A DNA stretch of 64,000 nucleotides from Candidatus Spongiihabitans sp. (GCF_965237845.1 NZ_OZ250154.1:2391228-2455227); one strand, 5' to 3'; positions 39,396-50,092 are shown, numbered from the stretch's first letter. A program made the numbers and translations. Notes: generated by a model from the sequence alone, not told the origin.

Positions 39396-40603
39396 CTTCG
39401 ACCTCCGGGCTGTGGCCTGCTTTGTCGATCAACTGCAAACAACAATCCCACAGCAGCCATGCTGATTAACATACTGCTGCCGCCGTGACTCATCATCGGC
39501 AAGGTTATTCCTTTGGTCGGCAGTAATCCGGTATTCACGCCGATATGCACACCCGCTTGCAAAGCGAACAGCAGGCCGATACCCTGTGCCAGAAAGCCTG
39601 AAAACCGCTGCCCCAACTGCAGTGCTCTATGGGAGATAGCAAACGCACGAAACAATAACAACGTGAAAAGCGTTAATACGCCGAAGATACCTACCGCCCC
39701 CAATTCTTCACCGATGATGGCAATCAGGAAATCATTGCTTGCGTGTGGAAGATAGAACAATTTTTGAATGCTGCTGCCGAGGCCGACGCCAAACCATTCA
39801 CCCCGACCAATTGCGATTAGCGCCTGAATCAATTGAAACCCATTACCATATGGGTCGGCCCAGGGATCCCGGTAACTTAACAATCGTGCTACCCGATAGG
39901 GCTCCATCCACATAATGGAAGCCAGTAGCATGACAACCATACTGAGACCGATCAGGAAATGCCAGAAACGAACCCCTGCTAAAAACATCATTCCTGCAAT
40001 GGCAGTGGTTATCACCACAGCGGTGCCAAAGTCAGGTTCAAGAAGAAGCAATACTCCGATTGCCCCTACTACCAAACCAGTATTGATAATGCCGACTTTG
40101 AATAGATGCAAATCTTCGCGCTTCCTCGCTAGGTAGTCGGCGAAATAAATAATCCCGGCGATCTTCATAAACTCAGACGGTTGAAATCGGATACCCCCTA
40201 AATCGATCCATCGAATACTGCCGTTGACCTCCACGCCCACGCCAGGGAAAAGCACTACAACCAATAACAGCAATCCAATCAGCAACAATGCCTTGCTCGC
40301 TGCGGCAAGCCAATTCATTCGAATCGAGGCGGCCATGAAAAGTAGTACGCTCCCCAGGCCAATATGCAATAGATGTTTAATAAGAGGGTTGAAGTTGATA
40401 TCCAAAGTGCGGCTGTCAACCGTTATGGTTGCGGAATAAACCATGACCACGCTCAGGGACAGCAAGGCAATCACCGTAAACATTAACCATTGGTCATAGG
40501 ATGAAACTTCGCTTACACGATTCGCTTGAAACGCGGTTGCCCTGGTGTTCATTGCGGTGCGGTTCATTGCGGTGCGGTTTATTGCGGCCTGGTTAGCTAA
40601 CAT
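39371..40603 (-). CDS. ftsW: Lipid II flippase / SEDS protein FtsW
   Basis: Multi-TM protein with QPSEFMK, YLPHASNDFLIAIIGEELG and LPTKGITLPMMSHGGSS. The start is set at ATG 40603. The track's 40708 start is also possible. Confidence 0.9.
   Translation of the reverse strand: MLANQAAINRTAMNRTAMNTRATAFQANRVSEVSSYDQWLMFTVIALLSLSVVMVYSATITVDSRTLDINFNPLIKHLLHIGLGSVLLFMAASIRMNWLAAASKALLLIGLLLLVVVLFPGVGVEVNGSIRWIDLGGIRFQPSEFMKIAGIIYFADYLARKREDLHLFKVGIINTGLVVGAIGVLLLLEPDFGTAVVITTAIAGMMFLAGVRFWHFLIGLSMVVMLLASIMWMEPYRVARLLSYRDPWADPYGNGFQLIQALIAIGRGEWFGVGLGSSIQKLFYLPHASNDFLIAIIGEELGAVGIFGVLTLFTLLLFRAFAISHRALQLGQRFSGFLAQGIGLLFALQAGVHIGVNTGLLPTKGITLPMMSHGGSSMLISMAAVGLLFAVDRQSRPQPGGRRCEAPDQK
40551..40595. 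repeat. 15-bp tandem repeat x3 (attgcggtgcggttc, attgcggtgcggttt, attgcggcctggtta)
   Basis: Read directly from the sequence. It encodes INRTAMNRTAMN at the FtsW N-terminus. Confidence 0.9.
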
Positions 40604-40729
40604 GTTGTTTCCTGGACTCACTTCGCAACCCTGATATTTTGGGGAACGAGCACGAGCATGAATTAAACAACGAACTTTTAATAAACCTATACTCGGTGTC
40701 ACGTTCAAAGAATTTATAAACGGGGCGAT

Positions 40730-42103
40730 TCAATGCACCAGCTCCCAAACCAGTTGTTTGTAAACATTGCCGCGATGTTCGTAGTTGTCGAACATGTCGA
40801 AACTTGCACAAGCCGGAGAAAACAAAACCACCGAGCCTGATTGCGCTAATTTTCTCGCATGAACTACCGCTTGTTCCAATAAATCAACCCGGGTGCTGGG
40901 CACTGATTGATCAAGGCTTTCGAAAATTATTCCTGCGTCCTCGCCAAACAAAATGGTGTGCTTTACACGCTCTTTGATGACCTGGGCCAATTGCGAGAAA
41001 TCAGCCCCCTTGCCTTTGCCCCCGGCGATTAAAATGAGGTCCTGCGAAAAGCCTGTAATCGCCGCTATGGTTGCACCGGCATTGGTGCCTTTGGAATCAT
41101 TAATCCACTTTACCCCATTGACTTCAGCAACAATTTCACAACGATGGGGCAGCCCGCCATAATTAAGCGCGGCATTAATCACCACCGGATTCAACTCAAC
41201 CCCGGCAGTTTCCACCAGCGCCATCGCGGCCAGAATATTGGCAATGTTTTGCTCGCCCTGGAGAGTAATTTGTTCTACCCGCGCAAGCAGGGTTTCACCG
41301 TGCAACAGCGATCGTGAATTGCCTGACTCCGCCACACCGAATTGATTGGCCGCCTGGGGAGCATCCAAACCAAAGCTGGTCATTGAAGTATTCTGCGAAG
41401 TATTCTGGCATGGCCGGGGATTTGTGAGTACATCATCCCGATTAACCACTACCTTGTTGGCGTTTTCAAATATTCTTTTCTTGGCATTAATATAATCATC
41501 CAGAGTGGGGTATCGATCCATATGGTCTGCGCTAATATTCAGCACCGTAGCTGAACAGGCGTTCAACGAATAAGTCGTTTCCAACTGGAAACTGGACAAC
41601 TCCAGGACATAATAATCAGGGACATAATAATCGGGTAATGCATGGTCGAGTAAATCCAGAACCGGGGTTCCAATATTGCCGCCGGTTTTTACTTTCAGCC
41701 CCGCGGCTAACATCATTTCGGCAACCAGCATGGTCACGGTGGATTTGCCATTGGAGCCGGTTATCGCAATGATCGGGGCTTCGGCCTGTTTGACAAACAA
41801 TTCAATATCACCGATTAGCGCTCCCCCATTGCTGAAATTTTGCCGCTCTATTTCAATGCCGGGACTAGTGACTATTTGATTGAAACTCCCAAACCACGCA
41901 TATGGTATCTGTCCGGTGATAATTTCCACACTCGGAAATTCATCTTTGACCTGTTTCAGATACGGCGGCAACTCCCGCGAATCCGCCACAGTAACCTGCA
42001 TCCCTGATTTCACCAGATATTTGACCACCGAGTAACCGGTTGACCCAAGTCCTATCACCAGAATCCGATCATTGTTCGGTTGAATGGAATTTGCCATGTT
42101 CAA
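40730..42103 (-). CDS. murD: UDP-N-acetylmuramoylalanine--D-glutamate ligase
   Basis: VIGLGSTGYS, ITGSNGKSTV and DSKGTNAGA. Confidence 0.93.
   Translation of the reverse strand: MNMANSIQPNNDRILVIGLGSTGYSVVKYLVKSGMQVTVADSRELPPYLKQVKDEFPSVEIITGQIPYAWFGSFNQIVTSPGIEIERQNFSNGGALIGDIELFVKQAEAPIIAITGSNGKSTVTMLVAEMMLAAGLKVKTGGNIGTPVLDLLDHALPDYYVPDYYVLELSSFQLETTYSLNACSATVLNISADHMDRYPTLDDYINAKKRIFENANKVVVNRDDVLTNPRPCQNTSQNTSMTSFGLDAPQAANQFGVAESGNSRSLLHGETLLARVEQITLQGEQNIANILAAMALVETAGVELNPVVINAALNYGGLPHRCEIVAEVNGVKWINDSKGTNAGATIAAITGFSQDLILIAGGKGKGADFSQLAQVIKERVKHTILFGEDAGIIFESLDQSVPSTRVDLLEQAVVHARKLAQSGSVVLFSPACASFDMFDNYEHRGNVYKQLVWELVH
41385..41408. repeat. 12-bp tandem duplication (gaagtattctgc / gaagtattctgg) in murD
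   Basis: Read directly from the sequence. It encodes QNTSQNTS. Confidence 0.9.
41605..41634. repeat. 15-bp tandem duplication (ggacataataatcag / ggacataataatcgg) in murD
   Basis: Read directly from the sequence. It encodes PDYYVPDYYV. Confidence 0.9.
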
Positions 42104-42115
42104 TACCCCAACTCC

Positions 42116-43198
42116 TCAGCGCACCTTCAATGTGGCTAATCCGATCAATACCAGGATCAGGCTTATAATCCAAAAACGCACAATAATCTTTGGCTCAGGC
42201 CACCCTTTCAATTCAAAATGATGATGGATCGGCGCCATGCGAAACAGTCGGCGACCTATCAATTTAAAAGAGACGACCTGCAAAATGACCGACACGGTTT
42301 CCATGACAAATATCCCGCCCATCACCATCAGCACAATTTCCTGGCGCACAATTACCGCGACAATACCAATCGCAGCACCGAGGGAAAGCGCGCCGATGTC
42401 TCCCATAAATACCTGAGCCGGATAGGTGTTGAACCATAGAAACCCGAGACCTGCTCCGACCAGCGCCGAACAAAATATGAGCACCTCTCCTGCGCCAGCA
42501 ATATAAGGAATTCCAAGGTATCCCGAAAAATTGGCGTTTCCGGTGGTGTATGCAAATACCCCTAAGGCCCCGGCCACCATGACGGCCGGCATAATCGCCA
42601 AGCCATCTAATCCATCGGTCAAATTCACGGCGTTACTGGTTCCAACCACAACCAGGTAAGTAAGTACTATGAATCCCCAACCCAGTGGAATTGCCACGTC
42701 TTTAAACAGCGGAACCAGCAACGCGGTTTCCGCTGGAGACCGCGCGGTATAAAATAGAAAAAAGGCGGTTATCAATCCAGAAACGCTTTGCAGCAGAAAT
42801 TTATTGCGCGCTCCCATCCCCTTGGGATCTTTGTTGATTAGTTTTTGATAATCGTCAACCCAACCGATCAAACCAAAAGCAATGGTGGTAAATAAAATCA
42901 CCCATATATATCGGTTGGTCAAATCCGCCCATAACAACGTGGCAACGACTACGGCAATTAATATCATAGCGCCGCCCATTGTCGGGGTGCCGACTTTGCT
43001 GAAATGCATGGGCGGCCCGTCTGCCCGGACAGTTTGGCCAATTTTGTGGTCACTCAGTTTTCGAATCATCGTCGCCCCAAAAATAAAAAATATCCCAATG
43101 GCAGTGAGTACGCCGCAGATGCCGCGAAATGTCAGATATCGAAATACATTGAAGAAACTATAGTCCTGAGAAAGATTGTTGAACAGCCAGGTCAGCAT
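42116..43198 (-). CDS. mraY: Phospho-N-acetylmuramoyl-pentapeptide transferase
   Basis: [33 protein letters not shown] and APIHHHFE. Confidence 0.95.
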   Translation of the reverse strand: MLTWLFNNLSQDYSFFNVFRYLTFRGICGVLTAIGIFFIFGATMIRKLSDHKIGQTVRADGPPMHFSKVGTPTMGGAMILIAVVVATLLWADLTNRYIWVILFTTIAFGLIGWVDDYQKLINKDPKGMGARNKFLLQSVSGLITAFFLFYTARSPAETALLVPLFKDVAIPLGWGFIVLTYLVVVGTSNAVNLTDGLDGLAIMPAVMVAGALGVFAYTTGNANFSGYLGIPYIAGAGEVLIFCSALVGAGLGFLWFNTYPAQVFMGDIGALSLGAAIGIVAVIVRQEIVLMVMGGIFVMETVSVILQVVSFKLIGRRLFRMAPIHHHFELKGWPEPKIIVRFWIISLILVLIGLATLKVR

Positions 43199-44790
43199 GG
43201 TTTAGTCCCTTCTCGATGATCCAATTGCCCATGGTCCTGTCCATAATCCTGTCCATAATCCTGTCCATATTCAAAATCTTCGGCTTCGATAATTTCGGCA
43301 ACCACTCGCTCCATCATCGACGACCTCGACCCTTTGACCAAAACCGCCACGCCGTCACTTAAATTGCCCTTCAATTCAGCCACTAAATCGTCCAAACTTT
43401 CAAAAACCTGAGCGCCCTTGCCGAAACCATGCGCGTAATCCCTGGCATTGTTATCACTCCCATTATTATCTTGGGAGACCAGACACATGAGAATATCCAT
43501 GCGCTTTTTATTGGCATAGCGACCCACTTCATTGTGTCGTTGCTTGCTCATTTTTCCGAGTTCTGCCATAGCACCCAAAACCAAAATCCTTACCCCGTCG
43601 AAATTTGCAAGCACATCAATGCCGGCCTTAATCGACTGGGGATTGGCGTTATAACTATCGTCGATCACCATGCACCCCATAAGCCCCTGCTTCGGATTCA
43701 GCCGACCACTCACTGCCTGCATGTTTTCAAGCCCGGTTTTTATGGACTGTATCGTGGCGCCGGCGGCGTAACAGATTGCGGCGGCGGCCAGGGCATTCAT
43801 TACATTGTGGCGACCCGGCAAGGTTAGATTGATGGCGATGTGTTGTTCATCATGCTGTTCATCAACAATGTGCAAATCGAAACGGCTTGTCAGCCATTCA
43901 GATTTCGCTTCGGATAATATTTTTTGGGTCGAGCGCCGAGTCTTTATTTGTTTGGACCCTGTTTGGTGCCTACGGCTTGGCGCCCGGTCTAAACTTTTAT
44001 AACTCCCGAGGCGCAAATTAGTTACGGTCAGGTCTGCGGGTTTTTCCATCGCAAAAGAAATCACTCGACCGGTTTTTAACTGAGGCTTGACCTGAGCCAA
44101 CCATTGATCGCTGAATTGGTCGTCTGCGTTAATCACCGCAGTCCCGTTTTCCTTTAATCCGGAAAAAATTTCTGCTTTTGCCTGAGCAATTTGTTGCAGG
44201 TTACCCAGTCCCTCAAGATGGGCTGGGGCAACATTATTAATTAACGCAATCGTCGGCCGGGTTAAGCGACTGAGGGTGGCGATTTCCCCAATGTGGTTGG
44301 CGCCCATTTCGATGACCGCAAAATCATGGCTCTCATTTAATTTAAGCAATGTCAACGGTACGCCCCATTGATTGTTAAAACTTCGCTCCGGGAACAAGCA
44401 ATTTCCGCATTGATTCAATATCGATGCGGCCATAGCGGTGACTGTGGTTTTTCCATTGCTGCCGGTAATCGCCAGCACCGGAATATCGAAGCGCAAACGC
44501 CAGTGGCTTGCCAGTTGCCCGAGTGCTTGCGTGGTATCCGAGACTTTGATTTTGGGCATATCAATTTGAGCGAAATCGGTATTCACGGCAGCGGAAACCA
44601 TGGCCCCTACCGCCCCTTTCTTTTTCGCCTGGGCGACGAAATCGTGACCATCGAATTTTTCTCCCGGGATGGCAACAAATAAGTCTCCCCGATCGACAGT
44701 TCTGGAATCCGTGGCAACCGTCGTGAACAGCGCATCCGCACCGTATAGTTTTCCCTGAACGATATTGGCGGCTTCCGATAGCGCCATCAT
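43192..44790 (-). CDS. murF: UDP-MurNAc-tripeptide--D-Ala-D-Ala ligase, unusually long (532 aa)
   Basis: [35 protein letters not shown] and DDSYNANP. It carries a roughly 39-aa basic insert (aa ~263-301) and a repeat-encoded C-terminal tail. Confidence 0.9.
   Translation of the reverse strand: MMALSEAANIVQGKLYGADALFTTVATDSRTVDRGDLFVAIPGEKFDGHDFVAQAKKKGAVGAMVSAAVNTDFAQIDMPKIKVSDTTQALGQLASHWRLRFDIPVLAITGSNGKTTVTAMAASILNQCGNCLFPERSFNNQWGVPLTLLKLNESHDFAVIEMGANHIGEIATLSRLTRPTIALINNVAPAHLEGLGNLQQIAQAKAEIFSGLKENGTAVINADDQFSDQWLAQVKPQLKTGRVISFAMEKPADLTVTNLRLGSYKSLDRAPSRRHQTGSKQIKTRRSTQKILSEAKSEWLTSRFDLHIVDEQHDEQHIAINLTLPGRHNVMNALAAAAICYAAGATIQSIKTGLENMQAVSGRLNPKQGLMGCMVIDDSYNANPQSIKAGIDVLANFDGVRILVLGAMAELGKMSKQRHNEVGRYANKKRMDILMCLVSQDNNGSDNNARDYAHGFGKGAQVFESLDDLVAELKGNLSDGVAVLVKGSRSSMMERVVAEIIEAEDFEYGQDYGQDYGQDHGQLDHREGTKPC
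43235..43270. repeat. 12-bp tandem repeat x3 (tcctgtccataa x2, tcctgtccatat)
   Basis: Read directly from the sequence. It encodes [12 protein letters not shown] in the MurF C-terminal tail. Confidence 0.9.
43841..43864. repeat. 12-bp tandem duplication (tgttgttcatca / tgctgttcatca) in murF
   Basis: Read directly from the sequence. It encodes DEQHDEQH. Confidence 0.85.
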
Positions 44791-46385
44791 GTCAGCTCCT
44801 CAAGAAGTTCTGGAACCATTGCCCGGTCGCTCAATGGGTTAACAGCATTGCCGATTGTCTGAGTGTGTTCATGACCTTTTCCCGCCAGCAAAATTAAATC
44901 ATCTTGATTGGAAGATTTAATCGCTTCCGCCATTGCTTGTCTACGATCATGAATGACCGTAATGGGTTGGCTCAATCCTTGTTTTATTTGTTCAATAATT
45001 TGTGCGGACGGTTCGGTACGCGGGTTGTCATCGGTTACGATGATTCGGTCAGCGATTGATTGTGCAATCCGGCCCATTTGCGCTCGTTTGTCTTGATCGC
45101 GGTCACCGCCGCAGCCAAATACCACGACCAGATTTCCGCGACACAGTGATTTGAGGGATTTAAGCGCACGCTCCAGTGCGTCCGGTGTATGCGCATAATC
45201 CACCACCACCGCAGGCTGGGCCGGACGATTGCTAAACACTTCCATTCGCCCTGGCGGCGCAGCGATGTGGGCAACAACTTCTGCTATTGCACCCATTGCA
45301 TAACCCATTGCGAACAGACAACCGATAGCGGCAAGAATATTCGGTACATTAACTTCTCCTAACAGCCTTGAATGAATCTGTTGGCGGCTCCGCTGGCCCT
45401 GAAACGCCAATTTAAACCGTATTCCCTGGTCATCCGTTTCCAATTCAACCGGTTGCAACTCTCCAGACTTCATGCCGTAGCTAACGCAGGTTAGTCCTTG
45501 ACCCCGCCAATTGCATAATTGCAGCAGCTCACGGCCAAAATTATCGTCACTATTTATTACCACGGCGTTGAGCGAGGCGAATTCAAACAACTTTTGTTTG
45601 GCGTCGCCATAGCGGGTCATGGATTGGTGATAGTCGAGATGGTCCTGGGTTAAATTTGTGAATATGGCAATATCGAAATCGATGCCATTGGCTCGGCCCT
45701 GCTCCAGTCCATGAGAAGAGACTTCCATACTGACCGCGCCAGCCTGGTTGGCTAAAAATTCGAACAACTGTTCATGAATGGATATCGCATCCATAGTCGT
45801 CAATTCCGAATGTTGCAGATCGCTAACGAATCCACTGCCGATGGTTCCAGAATAACCACACCGTATGCCGAGCAATTCCAATGCCTGGGCGATCAAATAA
45901 GCGGTCGTGGTTTTGCCATTGGTACCGGTAATTCCAATCATTTTCAGATTCTTGGACGGATTACCGAAATACCGCGCCGCAATTATCCCGAGTTTTTGTT
46001 GCAGGTTTTCTATGCCAATCACCAGCGCGTCCTGCTTGACCGAGTCCTTTAGCAAGGCACTACGGCTGGCACCGATCTTTTCGAACAACACAGCCGCCGC
46101 GCCATTAGCCAATGCCTGATCGATATACGCCCGCCCGTCGGTTATCATTCCCGGCAGCGCAATAAACATATCGCCAGACCCGACCCTTTGACTGCTGAGT
46201 TGAAGCGCCGCAATCAGACAATCATGGCCTTGCTCCACTTCAGCATATCCCGCCAACAATTCACTTAACCAAATTGTTGCCGACGGATTTGCCAGGCCCG
46301 CTTTATGCAGGCCCGCTTTATGCAGGCCCGCTTTATGCAGACCAGTTTCATGCAGACTGGCTTTTTGATGATTAATCATCGGCAT
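44787..46385 (-). CDS. murE: UDP-MurNAc-L-Ala-D-Glu--meso-DAP ligase
   Basis: GITGTNGKTTT, the DYAHTPDALE region and DNPRTE. The start is set at ATG 46385 (MPMINHQ), because the track's 46457 start overlaps ftsI. Confidence 0.92.
   Translation of the reverse strand: MPMINHQKASLHETGLHKAGLHKAGLHKAGLANPSATIWLSELLAGYAEVEQGHDCLIAALQLSSQRVGSGDMFIALPGMITDGRAYIDQALANGAAAVLFEKIGASRSALLKDSVKQDALVIGIENLQQKLGIIAARYFGNPSKNLKMIGITGTNGKTTTAYLIAQALELLGIRCGYSGTIGSGFVSDLQHSELTTMDAISIHEQLFEFLANQAGAVSMEVSSHGLEQGRANGIDFDIAIFTNLTQDHLDYHQSMTRYGDAKQKLFEFASLNAVVINSDDNFGRELLQLCNWRGQGLTCVSYGMKSGELQPVELETDDQGIRFKLAFQGQRSRQQIHSRLLGEVNVPNILAAIGCLFAMGYAMGAIAEVVAHIAAPPGRMEVFSNRPAQPAVVVDYAHTPDALERALKSLKSLCRGNLVVVFGCGGDRDQDKRAQMGRIAQSIADRIIVTDDNPRTEPSAQIIEQIKQGLSQPITVIHDRRQAMAEAIKSSNQDDLILLAGKGHEHTQTIGNAVNPLSDRAMVPELLEELT
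46296..46340. repeat. 15-bp tandem repeat, three perfect units (gcccgctttatgcag) flanked by degenerate units (46281-46370)
   Basis: Read directly from the sequence. It encodes LHETGLHKAGLHKAGLHKAGLANP at the MurE N-terminus. Confidence 0.92.
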
Positions 46386-46401
46386 TGCGCTATTCGTTTC
46401 C

Positions 46402-48147
46402 TCAAACCTTATTCTCTTTTTTGGGTATGGAAGTAATTTTGGATGCGTCAATATCATCCGGCTTAACGTTATACAAACGCATCAAATCCGCCATCAAACT
46501 TGAAAACACCGGCGCGGCAACATCTCCTCCGTAGTAAAATTTTCCTCTGGGATCATTGATAGCAACCACCATCACAAATTTAGGGTCGGTTATCGGCGCC
46601 AAGCCTGCGAACAGAGAAACATAGCGTTTATTTTTGTAGCTGCCGTCTATTATTTTAAGGGTGGTTCCGGTTTTTCCGCCGATACGATAACGCGGGATTT
46701 GTGCTTTTCGCGCAGTGCCATTCGGCGTCGCAGCCTGCTCCAGCATTGCGCGGATACTGGCTACAGTTTGCGTATGAAAAACCCGCTTGCCGATTGCGCG
46801 ATAGCCTGGTTTTCTCGGTTGCAGCGTTACCGGCAGCAACACGCCGTCCGTTGCGAACACCGTGTAGGCTCTGGCTAACTGCAATAATGTCGAGGAAAAT
46901 CCATAGCCATAAGCCAACGTTGCATGCTCAATTTTTCGCGTGCGTTTTTTCAACACCCCGGAAATTTCCCCTGGCAAACTTCCGGTTCGACTGCCAAACC
47001 CGACATCCTCAAAGGTGTTGTATAAATCATCAAACGGAAACGCCAATGCCAATTTGGCAGAGCCGACGTTGCTGGAATGGACCACAACATCAAACACCGA
47101 TATCTCGCCGTAATCATGCACATCGCGTATGGTATGATCGGAAACCTGATAGCGCCCCGGCGAAGTGTCCACCATGGTATCCGGGCCAACTTCGCCGCTT
47201 TCCAATGCCATGGCAATGGTAAATGGTTTGACAGTGGAACCCGGCTCCAGAACATTAGTAACGGTGCTGTTTCGAAACACGCCCGGGGTCATTGAACTGC
47301 GGTCATTGGGATTGAACTGGGGTGAATTGACCATTGCAATTATTTCCCCGCTCGGAATCCCAAGCACAACAACGCTGCCGCCGACGGCATCGTGTTTCTT
47401 GATTGCAGATTCAAGGTAACGACTTGCCTGAGACTGCACTCGTTGGTCGATAGTAATTACCAGATCCTTGCCATGCCGAACCTGCTGAATACTTTCCTCG
47501 ATTTCAACATAGTGTCCGGCTAAATCCTTAAGCACCCGTTTACGGCCTGCCCTGCCTTTCAATTCAGTATCGAAAGCAAGCTCCAAACCTTCCTGCCCAT
47601 TGTCATCGATATCGGTGAACCCGATTAAATGTGCGCTTACTGGCCCTCCGGGATAGTAACGCTTGTATTCCCTGCGTACTTCCACGCCCGGAATTTTCAT
47701 AGCCATAACCTGTTCCACTACAGCAGGCGGCAGCTGTCTTTTGACGTACATAAAGCTGGCATCAGCAAATTTTTCGCAATTTTGCTGTAAATTCTTTTTG
47801 GCAAGATTGATGGTTTCCAACATCGGTTGCCACAATGATTGATCCGTGCAAAATATACCGGGTTCCGCCGCAAGAGAATCTACTGGCGTGCTTACCGACA
47901 ACACCCGCCGGTTACGATCCAGAATTCGCCCTCGTTGCGGGGAGATTTTTACTGTCCTCATATATCGTTTATCGCCCTGAACCCGTAAACTTTCATTTTC
48001 CTCGGTATGCAACTGCACTACCCGCAGCGCCAGAACAGTAAAAGCAGAAATCATCAACGCAAGCACCACATGCCGACGCCAGCTTCGCATGCATGACTCT
48101 CTTGGTGCTACGCATAACCCTCTGTAATGTTTATTTTTTTTATTCAT
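46402..48147 (-). CDS. ftsI: Peptidoglycan D,D-transpeptidase FtsI (PBP3)
   Basis: N-terminal TM segment. Motifs GSTVKPF (SxxK), HSSNVG (SxN) and GKTGT (KTG). Confidence 0.9.
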   Translation of the reverse strand: MNKKNKHYRGLCVAPRESCMRSWRRHVVLALMISAFTVLALRVVQLHTEENESLRVQGDKRYMRTVKISPQRGRILDRNRRVLSVSTPVDSLAAEPGIFCTDQSLWQPMLETINLAKKNLQQNCEKFADASFMYVKRQLPPAVVEQVMAMKIPGVEVRREYKRYYPGGPVSAHLIGFTDIDDNGQEGLELAFDTELKGRAGRKRVLKDLAGHYVEIEESIQQVRHGKDLVITIDQRVQSQASRYLESAIKKHDAVGGSVVVLGIPSGEIIAMVNSPQFNPNDRSSMTPGVFRNSTVTNVLEPGSTVKPFTIAMALESGEVGPDTMVDTSPGRYQVSDHTIRDVHDYGEISVFDVVVHSSNVGSAKLALAFPFDDLYNTFEDVGFGSRTGSLPGEISGVLKKRTRKIEHATLAYGYGFSSTLLQLARAYTVFATDGVLLPVTLQPRKPGYRAIGKRVFHTQTVASIRAMLEQAATPNGTARKAQIPRYRIGGKTGTTLKIIDGSYKNKRYVSLFAGLAPITDPKFVMVVAINDPRGKFYYGGDVAAPVFSSLMADLMRLYNVKPDDIDASKITSIPKKENKV

Positions 48148-48152
48148 GTCGG

Positions 48153-48176
48153 TTTATGCCCTTTATGCCCTTATGG
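48153..48176. repeat. 9-bp tandem repeat (tttatgccc x2 plus a partial unit) in the ftsL-ftsI intergenic region
   Basis: Read directly from the sequence. Confidence 0.8.
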
Positions 48177-48241
48177 TTTGGGTATATCCAAAAAATAAAC
48201 AACAGAAGGGTAAAACCGATGGAGCCTTTGTGGTTGTATTC

Positions 48242-48589
48242 CTAGCCACCCTTCGCCCCCATTGCCTTTATTGAGCGCGTGCCTTTATTGAACATGCCTT
48301 TATTGAAGGCGCTGTTCAATTGGTCCCCCGCCATCTGCACAGTAATAATTTGCTCCGGCGGTGGCGGCAGCATCCCCAATCTAGTGCCAGCGTCATCAGC
48401 GATGTTATTCTCCATGGCCCAGGTTGCTTTTTCCAGCATCAGCCTGCCCCACTCGGATTGTAACTGATTGCGCTGATTCTCCATTTCTTGCAGGTCAATA
48501 AATGACAACCGATTTTCGTGGCGGACGGTGACCACGAACAACGCACTGGCCAGCACCACAATCAGCATAAAAACAGATGGTTTGCTCAT
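48242..48589 (-). CDS. ftsL: Cell division protein FtsL
   Basis: Small bitopic protein, VVLASALFVVTVRHENRLSFIDLQEMENQRNQLQSEWGRLMLE. Its position between rsmH and ftsI fits. The C-terminal tail carries a thrice-repeated 11-mer, gcctttattga (48264, 48281, 48296). Confidence 0.7.
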   Translation of the reverse strand: MSKPSVFMLIVVLASALFVVTVRHENRLSFIDLQEMENQRNQLQSEWGRLMLEKATWAMENNIADDAGTRLGMLPPPPEQIITVQMAGDQLNSAFNKGMFNKGTRSIKAMGAKGG

Positions 48590-48613
48590 AGTGGCTTCTA
48601 GTTAATCCCCGCC

Positions 48614-49582
48614 CTATGCAACCTTTTGAGCGGTGCGCATAACCGCGCTTCTTGCTCTGGGATTTTGTTTTAATTCGCTCATCCCCGGCTTTATCGGTTT
48701 GCCGACCAATCTTAATCGCGGTTTTAGCATGTCATGGGTAACCGGCAAATCATGGGGATAGGGGTCGCCTTTGGACTGGTTGCGAAAAAACCGTTTCACC
48801 AGTCTGTCTTCCAGGGAATGAAAACTGATCACAACCAAACGCCCTCCCGAAGCCAACGCCTCCAGCGCATCGGGCAATACAGATTCAATTTCCTGCAACT
48901 CCTGATTTATCGCAATACGAATAGCCTGAAAGGTTCGGGTTGCAGGGTGTTTATGCCCTTTGTGGTATGGGTACTTGCCTTTTTCCCTTGCAGGAACAGC
49001 TTCGCACACAAGTTTCGACAATTGTCCAGTAGAGCTAATTTGGTTTTTCAACAAAGTTTGTTTAATTCTTCTGGCGATTCTTCGGGCAAATCTTTCTTCG
49101 CCAAACACTTTTAATACTCGAATTAGCTCACTCTCTTCGACCTGTTTTATCCAGGCAGCCGCAGTCATCCCGACACTACGATCCATTCGCATATCAAGCG
49201 GCCCATCATGATTGAAACTAAATCCTCGCTCGGCCACATCAAATTGAGGCGAGGAAACACCGAAATCAAACAGGAGCGCATCCACTTTTCCGATCAAATT
49301 ACGTTCTCCCAGAATTTGGGAAAGCTTCGAAAATGGAGCATGAATAATTTCAATGCGATCTTGGTTTTGCCATTTTGACAATGCCTGGTCAATCGCGTCT
49401 TGATCACGATCGATAACAATTAATCGGGCGTGGCTGGCAAGCGCGCCGAAGATCGCCCGGGCATGACCGCCACGACCATAGGTGGCATCCACAACTATTT
49501 TACTGTCGGGAATATTGAGCGCCTGCACGACCTCTTTTAACAACACCGGGATGTGGGCTGATGCGTTCATGTTGGCTATCAT
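48614..49582 (-). CDS. rsmH: 16S rRNA (cytosine1402-N4)-methyltransferase
   Basis: HIPVLLKEV, DATYGRGGH, DFGVSSPQ and SFHSLEDR. The start is set at ATG 49582, just after the mraZ stop. Confidence 0.93.
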   Translation of the reverse strand: MIANMNASAHIPVLLKEVVQALNIPDSKIVVDATYGRGGHARAIFGALASHARLIVIDRDQDAIDQALSKWQNQDRIEIIHAPFSKLSQILGERNLIGKVDALLFDFGVSSPQFDVAERGFSFNHDGPLDMRMDRSVGMTAAAWIKQVEESELIRVLKVFGEERFARRIARRIKQTLLKNQISSTGQLSKLVCEAVPAREKGKYPYHKGHKHPATRTFQAIRIAINQELQEIESVLPDALEALASGGRLVVISFHSLEDRLVKRFFRNQSKGDPYPHDLPVTHDMLKPRLRLVGKPIKPGMSELKQNPRARSAVMRTAQKVA

Positions 49583-49587
49583 GCTGA

Positions 49588-50046
49588 CTATAGGGAAAGT
49601 TGCTCCATCTCCACCGATAAATTTTCCAGATCCATTTCTTCTTGCAACCACTGACTCCGACGAGCATTCCACAGCTGTTCGCTCCAAATCTCAAATTTGT
49701 TTCCCTGACCAACAAGCAGCACCGCTTTTGTCATCATTGCGAATTCCCGCAATGGAGCTGGCAATAATATTCTGCCGCTGCCATCCATTTCCACATCACT
49801 GGCATAACCCAGTAAAAATCGTTTTAGCCGTTGGTGATTTGCATCGAAACTGGGCAATGCCACAATTTTTTGTTCAACCAATTCCCATTCGTCCAAAGGG
49901 TATAACCATAAGCAATGCTCTTTGGTATTATTCACTGTAACAATCATTTTGCCGCCGCAACGATCCATAAGGGCATTGCGGAATCTACTTGGAATTGCCA
50001 GTCTGCCTTTATCGTCGAGATTGAGTGTATTTGCGCCGCGAATCAT
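49588..50046 (-). CDS. mraZ: Transcriptional regulator MraZ
   Basis: MIRGANTLNLDDKGRLAIPSRFR and a second DGSGRILLPAPLR half (duplicated SpoVT/AbrB-like fold). The start is the ATG at 50046. Confidence 0.9.
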   Translation of the reverse strand: MIRGANTLNLDDKGRLAIPSRFRNALMDRCGGKMIVTVNNTKEHCLWLYPLDEWELVEQKIVALPSFDANHQRLKRFLLGYASDVEMDGSGRILLPAPLREFAMMTKAVLLVGQGNKFEIWSEQLWNARRSQWLQEEMDLENLSVEMEQLSL

Positions 50047-50077
50047 AGTTATCAACCCTGGATGATGTGAAAAATTC

Positions 50078-50092
50078 CCCACAATTTCCCAC
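50078..50092 (-). promoter_or_regulatory. Possible MraZ operator: two GTGGG direct repeats 10 nt apart
   Basis: The minus strand reads GTGGGaaattGTGGGg, 32-46 nt upstream of the mraZ ATG. MraZ operators in E. coli are spaced TGGGN repeats. Only two repeats are seen here. Confidence 0.35.
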
